A stretch of 64,000 bases of DNA from Polyangiales bacterium (lineage in GTDB: Bacteria > Myxococcota_A > Polyangia > Polyangiales > Ga0077539), in contig JBGARZ010000003.1 in NCBI GenBank assembly GCA_044229975.1, positions 512,001-576,000 of the forward strand, in the 5' to 3' direction. The notes beneath the pieces were generated by a model, which was given only the letters and a program-made list of their open reading frames with translations, was not told the DNA's origin and searched no databases. Of the stretch, positions 58,587 through 64,000 are shown in pieces. The translations under genes and the position numbers were made by a program. Positions within the stretch are counted from its first letter, which is position 1, and every line of letters begins with the position of its first letter.

Positions 58587-59681
58587 ATGAGCCAGGACCT
58601 CGCCATCCCCACCGTCGACCTCGACGACCTCCACGCGGGCGGCGCCCGCCGCGACGCCGCCAGCGCCGCGATCCGCGAGGCGTTTGGCACCTACGGCCTC
58701 TGCTACGTGCGCTCCCACGGCATCGCCCCGGAGTCCCTCGACGCCTTCTACGACGCCTTCGTGCGCTTCACCGCGCAGCCGGAGTCCGCGAAGCGCCCCT
58801 TCGCCCGCCCGGACATCTGGTACCAGCGCGGCTGGACCCCGCCCAACACCGAGCAGGCCGTCGCCGGCGGCGGACAGCCCGACTTCAAGGAGTGCTACTT
58901 CGCCGCGGCGCTCCCCACCGACCCCGAGTGCAAGGCCGAGCACCCCGAGATCTACGCCGACAACGTGTGGCCCGACGACCCGCGCTTCGTCGAGGTCTAC
59001 ACCGCCATGGGCCAGAGCCTCCACGCCGTCGGGCAGGAGCTCTTGAAGGGCGCCGCGTTCGCGCTCGGCCTCGCGGAGGACACCTTCACCAGCCGCATCG
59101 ACGGCGCGCCGCACGTCACCCGCGCCCTGCGGTACATCCCGCTCACCCCCGAGCAGGTCGAGCAGAACATCCTCTGGGGCGAGGAGCACACCGACTTCAA
59201 CCTCCTCACGCTCTTGCCCGGCGGTCGCTTCATCGACCCCAATGGCCAGCGCTGCCCGCCGCCCGACCCGCACTCGGGCCTCTACCTCCGCACCCGCGCC
59301 TCGAAAGAACACCCCGCTGGACAGAAGGTCCGCGGCGCCGCCCCGCCGGGCTGCGTCATCGCGCAGGTCGGACAGCAGTGGGAGATCCTCACGGGCGGCA
59401 CCTTCCAGGCCACGCCGCACGTCATCACGGCGCCGAAGGTTCCTGGGTACGCGCGGCTCTCGTCGGCGCACTTCGTCCACCTGCATCCGCACCAGGTGCT
59501 CACGCCACTCGGGCCCTTCCGCACCGAGCAGACCGTGCGCGCCTACTCACCCCCGGTGCTCGCCGGAACCTACGACCTCAAGACCCTGGTCGACATCGCC
59601 CTGGCCCCCGCGAGCGCGCTCAACAGCCTCGGCTACCGCCACTACGACCGCCTCGCCGAGCAGCGCACGCTCCCGCGCTGA
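58587..59681 (+). CDS. Isopenicillin N synthase-like 2OG-Fe(II) oxygenase
   Basis: IPTVDL, HGI, HTDFNLLTLL (HxD), ATPHVI, RLS. Confidence 0.9.
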   Translation: MSQDLAIPTVDLDDLHAGGARRDAASAAIREAFGTYGLCYVRSHGIAPESLDAFYDAFVRFTAQPESAKRPFARPDIWYQRGWTPPNTEQAVAGGGQPDFKECYFAAALPTDPECKAEHPEIYADNVWPDDPRFVEVYTAMGQSLHAVGQELLKGAAFALGLAEDTFTSRIDGAPHVTRALRYIPLTPEQVEQNILWGEEHTDFNLLTLLPGGRFIDPNGQRCPPPDPHSGLYLRTRASKEHPAGQKVRGAAPPGCVIAQVGQQWEILTGGTFQATPHVITAPKVPGYARLSSAHFVHLHPHQVLTPLGPFRTEQTVRAYSPPVLAGTYDLKTLVDIALAPASALNSLGYRHYDRLAEQRTLPR

Positions 59682-59690
59682 GCCTTCTCT

Positions 59691-60947
59691 TCACGCCGCC
59701 GGGAGCGTGAACGCGAAGGTGCTCCCCCTGCCCTCGGTGCTCTCCACCGTCACCTCACCGCCGTGGGCCTCCACGATGCCCTTCACGATGGAGAGCCCCA
59801 GGCCCGTCCCCTGCCCCGCCGTCCGCCGCTCCTGCCAGAAGCGGTTGAAGACGTGCGGCAGGTTCTCGGACGGAATACCCGACCCGGTATCACTCACCGT
59901 GAAGCGAACCCGGGTGCCATCCCGCGAAGCCCGCACCACGATCGCGCCACCCGTCGGCGTGAACTTCAGCGCGTTGCCGATGAGGTTCTCGAACACCTGC
60001 GACAGCCGACCGCGGTCGACCCGCACCTCCGGCAGCCCCTCCGCCACCTCGGCGCGCAACGCGATGCCACGCGACTCGGCCAGCACGCGCTGCACCTGCA
60101 CGGCGTCGTCCACCAGGGCCGCCACGGCGTGACTCTCGCGCTCCAGCACCAGGTTGCCCGTGTCGATGCGCGTCACGTCCAGCAGGTCGACGATGAGGCG
60201 GTTCATGCGCTCGGCCGAGCGACGGATCACCGCGAGCTTCGCGCGGATCCCCTCGGCGTCGTCGGGCCGCTGCTCGGCCATGCCCACCGCCATGATCAGC
60301 GCGTTGAGCGGGTTGCGCAGGTCGTGCGAGACCACCGCCACCACCTCGTCGCGCGCCTGCACCGCCCGCTGCGTCTGCTCATACAGCCCGCGGAGCTGCA
60401 CCGCCCGCTGCTCCGCCGTCGCCAGCGCGGCCTCGGTCGTGGCGCGGCTCTGCTCCAGCTCCGCGTTGCGCGCCGTGACCGCTTCGAGCGACGACACCAG
60501 CACGTCGAGCACCCGCGCGGGCTGCGAGCGCACCTCGAAGGTCTGCCCGCGCACCTCCACCGTCGGCGCGGCGCCCGTGTCGGCGGGGCGGTCGACGAGG
60601 CGACGCACCCGCGCGCTGAGCTGGGCGGCGTCGTAGGGCTTGGTGAGGAAGTTGTCGGCCCCGGCCGAGAGCGCGCGCACCACGTCCGTCGGGTCGGCCA
60701 GCGACGTGAGGAGAATCACCGGGACCGCCCGCGTCACCTCCGCGGCCTTCAAGCGACGGCACACCTCGAAGCCGTCGATGCCGGGCATCACGATGTCGCT
60801 CACCACGAGGTCGGGCGGCGACGCGAAGCACGACGTGAGGCCCGACTCGCCGTCGACGCAGAGGGTGACCTCGATGCCCTCGCGGGTGAGCACCCCGGCG
60901 ATCTGCCGGGCCTGCGTGCGGCTGTCCTCGATGACGACGACGCGCAT
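59691..60947 (-). CDS. REC-HisKA-HATPase histidine kinase (chemosensory output)
   Basis: VIEDS..VVSDIVMP; SHDLRNPL; NLIGNALKFT, DTGSGI, GTGLGL. Confidence 0.94.
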   Translation of the reverse strand: MRVVVIEDSRTQARQIAGVLTREGIEVTLCVDGESGLTSCFASPPDLVVSDIVMPGIDGFEVCRRLKAAEVTRAVPVILLTSLADPTDVVRALSAGADNFLTKPYDAAQLSARVRRLVDRPADTGAAPTVEVRGQTFEVRSQPARVLDVLVSSLEAVTARNAELEQSRATTEAALATAEQRAVQLRGLYEQTQRAVQARDEVVAVVSHDLRNPLNALIMAVGMAEQRPDDAEGIRAKLAVIRRSAERMNRLIVDLLDVTRIDTGNLVLERESHAVAALVDDAVQVQRVLAESRGIALRAEVAEGLPEVRVDRGRLSQVFENLIGNALKFTPTGGAIVVRASRDGTRVRFTVSDTGSGIPSENLPHVFNRFWQERRTAGQGTGLGLSIVKGIVEAHGGEVTVESTEGRGSTFAFTLPAA

Positions 60948-61987
60948 CAGACCGAGCTCTCCCGGCAGAGCCACGCCGCGATCTGTCCGAGCGGCAGCAC
61001 CACGTCGGCGCCGCCGCGCTCCACCGTCGTCCGCGGCATGCCGTAGACCACCGAGGTGGCCTCGTCCTGCGCCGCCACCCGGCCGCCGCTGCGACGCATG
61101 GCGACCGCGCCCGCGGCGCCGTCATCGCCCATGCCCGTGAGCACGACGCCGCGCGCCCGACGACCGAGCGCCATGGACATCGACTCCAGGAGATACGTCC
61201 CCGATGGGCGGAAGAGCCCCACCGGGGGCGCCTCGCTCACCACGAGGCGCATCGCCTGATCGAGGCCGAGGTGGCGCTCGTCGGCGGCGACGTAGACCGC
61301 CCCGCGCTCGGCCAGACCCTGATGAACGGCCACCGTGGTCGGGTGCCCGGTGGTGTCGGAGAGCCAGCGCGCGAAGCCCTCCGCGAAGCCGCGTGCGATG
61401 TGCTGAACGATCAGCACCGGTGGCATCACCCGCGGCGGCAGCATCCGCAGGAGTTCCACCAGCGCGGCGGGGCCGCCGGTGGAGGCCGCGACGCCGATGG
61501 CGGCGACCTGATCGCCCACCGCCCCGGTCGGGATGGCGCGCCCCTTCGACGCAGGCTCGGCGTGGAAGCGCTCGACCTTCACCTGCGCCATCGAGCGGAG
61601 GAGATGAACGAGCGCCGCCCGACGAAACTCGTACGTCGGCTCGCCGTAGCCCGGCAGCGCCTCGGCGATGGCGAGGGCCCCGCAGCGCAGCGCCTCCATC
61701 GCGACGCGTGAGTCCTTCGGGTTGACCGCACCGGAGACCAGCACGATGGGCGTCGGGGTGGTCGCCATGATCTGCCGGGTGGCCGCGTAGCCGTCCATCA
61801 CGGGCATCACGATGTCCATCACCACGACGGACGGGCGCGCGGCGGTCACCACGGCGAGCGCCTCCGAGCCGTCCTTCGCCTCGCCTACGACCTCGACGCC
61901 GGGCGACCCCAGGAGCGCACGGCGCAGCGACACCCGAACCGTCGGGGAGTCGTTCACGATCACCACTCGTAGCTTCGCGTCGTCCAT
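60947..61987 (-). CDS. cheB: Chemotaxis methylesterase CheB (REC + esterase)
   Basis: VMDIVMP; ASTGGP, VQHI, FRPS, LTGMGDDGA, VVYGMP. Confidence 0.95.
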   Translation of the reverse strand: MDDAKLRVVIVNDSPTVRVSLRRALLGSPGVEVVGEAKDGSEALAVVTAARPSVVVMDIVMPVMDGYAATRQIMATTPTPIVLVSGAVNPKDSRVAMEALRCGALAIAEALPGYGEPTYEFRRAALVHLLRSMAQVKVERFHAEPASKGRAIPTGAVGDQVAAIGVAASTGGPAALVELLRMLPPRVMPPVLIVQHIARGFAEGFARWLSDTTGHPTTVAVHQGLAERGAVYVAADERHLGLDQAMRLVVSEAPPVGLFRPSGTYLLESMSMALGRRARGVVLTGMGDDGAAGAVAMRRSGGRVAAQDEATSVVYGMPRTTVERGGADVVLPLGQIAAWLCRESSV

Positions 61988-62034
61988 TCGATCCTTCGGG
62001 CCTCGTACGTCGTTTCGTGGGGCGGCGGGCGCCC

Positions 62035-64000
62035 TTAGAGCAATTGCTGGAGCGTTTCGAGCAGCTCGTCCTGGTCGAAGCGGCTCTTCACCACGTAGGC
62101 GCTCGCCCCGAGGTCGAGGGCCCGCTGCCGGTCCGCCGGTTGGGAGAGCGCCGTGACCAGCAGCACCGGCAACCGCGACAGCCGCGCCGACGCCCGCACC
62201 CTCGCCAGGAGCTGAAACCCGTCGAGCCGCGGCATCTCGATGTCCGACACCACGGCGTCGTAGCGCGCGTGCCCCGACAAGATCTCCCACGCCGCCTCGC
62301 CGTCGTGAGCCACCACGACCTCGTAGCCCGCGGCTTCGAGGATGGTGCGTTCGAGCTGCCGCGTGGTGACCGAGTCGTCGACCACCAGCACGCGCCGTCG
62401 CACCGCCGTCTGCTCCTCCTCGACCGCCGCGCTCGCGGCCGGGCGCGCGATGCGGGTGAGGTCCGCGGCGTCCAGCACGATGACCACCTCGCCGTCGCCG
62501 AACACCGTCGCCCCGGCCACGAAGGCCGCCCGACGCACCCGCGCGTTGAGGGGCTTCACCACCACCTCGCGCTCCTCCAGCAGCGCGTCGACGCGAAAGG
62601 CCACCCGCCGCTCGCCCACCGCGAGAATCACGCACGGCACCCGCGCGTCGACCGCGCGCGCCGGAGCGGGGCCCACCACACCAAGCGTCGCGTCGAGGTC
62701 GGCCAGCGGAACCAATCCCCCAGCGTCTTCCAGATAGAGGTGCCCCTCGATGACCCGCAGCTCCGACTCGGCCACGCGGCGCAGACCCGCCACCGCCGTG
62801 GAGACGATCACCGCGCGCAGCTCGCGCACCTGCACCACGACCCCGCGCATCACGCTCAGATCGAGCGGTACCGTGATCGTGAACCGCGACCCGCGACCAG
62901 GCTCGCTTGCCACCTCCACGCGCCCGTGCATCTGCGCCACCCGCATCCGAACGACGTCCAGCCCGACGCCGCGACCCGACAGGGCCGTGACGCGTTCGCG
63001 CGTGCTGAAGCCGGGTTCGAAGAGCAGCGAAAACGCGTCTTGCGGGGTGCGCACCGAGGCGACCTCCATGCCCTTCGCGCGCGCGGCTGAGAGCACCGCC
63101 TCCGGGTCGATGCCGCGGCCGTCGTCCTCGACGCTCACCCGCACGTCGCGCCCCGTGACCGTCGCTCGCAGCGTGACCCGACCCGCCGCGGGCTTGCCCT
63201 GCGCGGCGCGCGCCGCGGTGTCCTCCAGGCCGTGGTCGACCGCGTTGCGAACGAGGTGCAGCAAGGGCTCGCGCAGCCCTTCGAGCACACGGCGATCGAC
63301 CTCGGGGAGGTCACCCTCCAGGCCAAACTCCACCTTCCGATCGAGCGCCGAGGCCGCGTCGAGGGCGGCTCGTTCGAGCAGCGGCGAGAGCGACACCAAC
63401 GGGACCACCCGCAGGTCACGCGACCGCGTGAGCAGATCGTCCGCGGCACCCGAGAGCAGGCGCCAGGAGAGCTCGTCGCGCGCGCGACGCTCGGCGGCCA
63501 CGGCCGCGAGCCCCTGGAGCGCCACGAGCGCCTGGTCGAGCGCGTACAGCACCTCGTCGCCGTCGTGCACCGTGGCCCGGACGTTTTGCCGCGCGCGGCG
63601 GAGGTCGTTGCGCGCTTCGAGGAGGCGCTGCTCCATCGCCTCCAGGTGCCGCGTCGAGTCGCCGTGGCGGGCTACGAGGGAGGCGAGCTCTTCGGCGGCG
63701 GCGAAGAGGCCCGCGAGGCGCGCGGTCGACACCCGCAGCGTCTCTGGCGCGGACGGCGGGGCTTCGACCGACGGCGCCGCGGGCGCGGGCGGAATCACCA
63801 CCGGAGCGGGCGCGATCACGGGTGCAACCGCGGGCGCATCGCGCAGCGCACGTCGGGCTCCGGCGAGGGCGGCCTCGTCGGGCTCACCGCGCTCGGCGAG
63901 GCTCGTCGCGCAGGCCCGCAGCGCCCGCAGCGTCACCTCGGCGTAGGCCGCCACGCGCGGTTGCTCGGAGGCGTCTCCGCGTCGGGCCGATCCGAGCTCC
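62035..64000 (-). CDS. cheA: Hybrid CheA (HATPase-CheW-REC, WspE-like); 5' end outside the window
   Basis: PLLHLVRNAVDHGLE, DDGRGID, FEPGFST..SGRGVGLD, CheW domain, LVVDDS..VSDIEMPRLDG. Confidence 0.93.
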   Translation of the reverse strand, partial: ELGSARRGDASEQPRVAAYAEVTLRALRACATSLAERGEPDEAALAGARRALRDAPAVAPVIAPAPVVIPPAPAAPSVEAPPSAPETLRVSTARLAGLFAAAEELASLVARHGDSTRHLEAMEQRLLEARNDLRRARQNVRATVHDGDEVLYALDQALVALQGLAAVAAERRARDELSWRLLSGAADDLLTRSRDLRVVPLVSLSPLLERAALDAASALDRKVEFGLEGDLPEVDRRVLEGLREPLLHLVRNAVDHGLEDTAARAAQGKPAAGRVTLRATVTGRDVRVSVEDDGRGIDPEAVLSAARAKGMEVASVRTPQDAFSLLFEPGFSTRERVTALSGRGVGLDVVRMRVAQMHGRVEVASEPGRGSRFTITVPLDLSVMRGVVVQVRELRAVIVSTAVAGLRRVAESELRVIEGHLYLEDAGGLVPLADLDATLGVVGPAPARAVDARVPCVILAVGERRVAFRVDALLEEREVVVKPLNARVRRAAFVAGATVFGDGEVVIVLDAADLTRIARPAASAAVEEEQTAVRRRVLVVDDSVTTRQLERTILEAAGYEVVVAHDGEAAWEILSGHARYDAVVSDIEMPRLDGFQLLARVRASARLSRLPVLLVTALSQPADRQRALDLGASAYVVKSRFDQDELLETLQQLL

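Overview
This is a very GC-rich bacterial chromosomal window, most likely from Myxococcota (Polyangiales-like). That placement is inferred from a MYXO-CTERM protein, a DUF4388 fusion, many Cys-rich lipoproteins and a eukaryotic-type Ser/Thr kinase. Core genes include efp-epmA, tkt, glyA, grxD/bolA, a Dpp-type permease pair, a MacAB-like ABC exporter, a Wsp-like chemosensory cluster (partial at the right edge) and a fragmented dcw cluster (murC // ftsQ // ftsA-ftsZ). The most unusual DNA lies between ftsQ and ftsA. There a ~1 kb segment bounded by an 18-bp direct repeat holds a non-coding stretch resembling an IS110-family left end (bridge-RNA region) with no recombinase, a 102-bp near-perfect inverted repeat and a small lipoprotein gene. 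It sits beside a beta-barrel/TPR-PEGA/RCC1-lipoprotein/kinase module. Other anomalies are a 241-bp duplication of the dppC 3' end flanking a decayed nucleotidyltransferase pair, an in-frame TAG in a PAS histidine kinase, a DUF559 nuclease gene beside a 57-bp inverted repeat, an EpmA with a LysRS-like N-terminal domain, and a multi-degenerate c-di-GMP signalling protein. All calls come from motif recognition by eye; no searches were run. No tRNA, rRNA or CRISPR array was seen.
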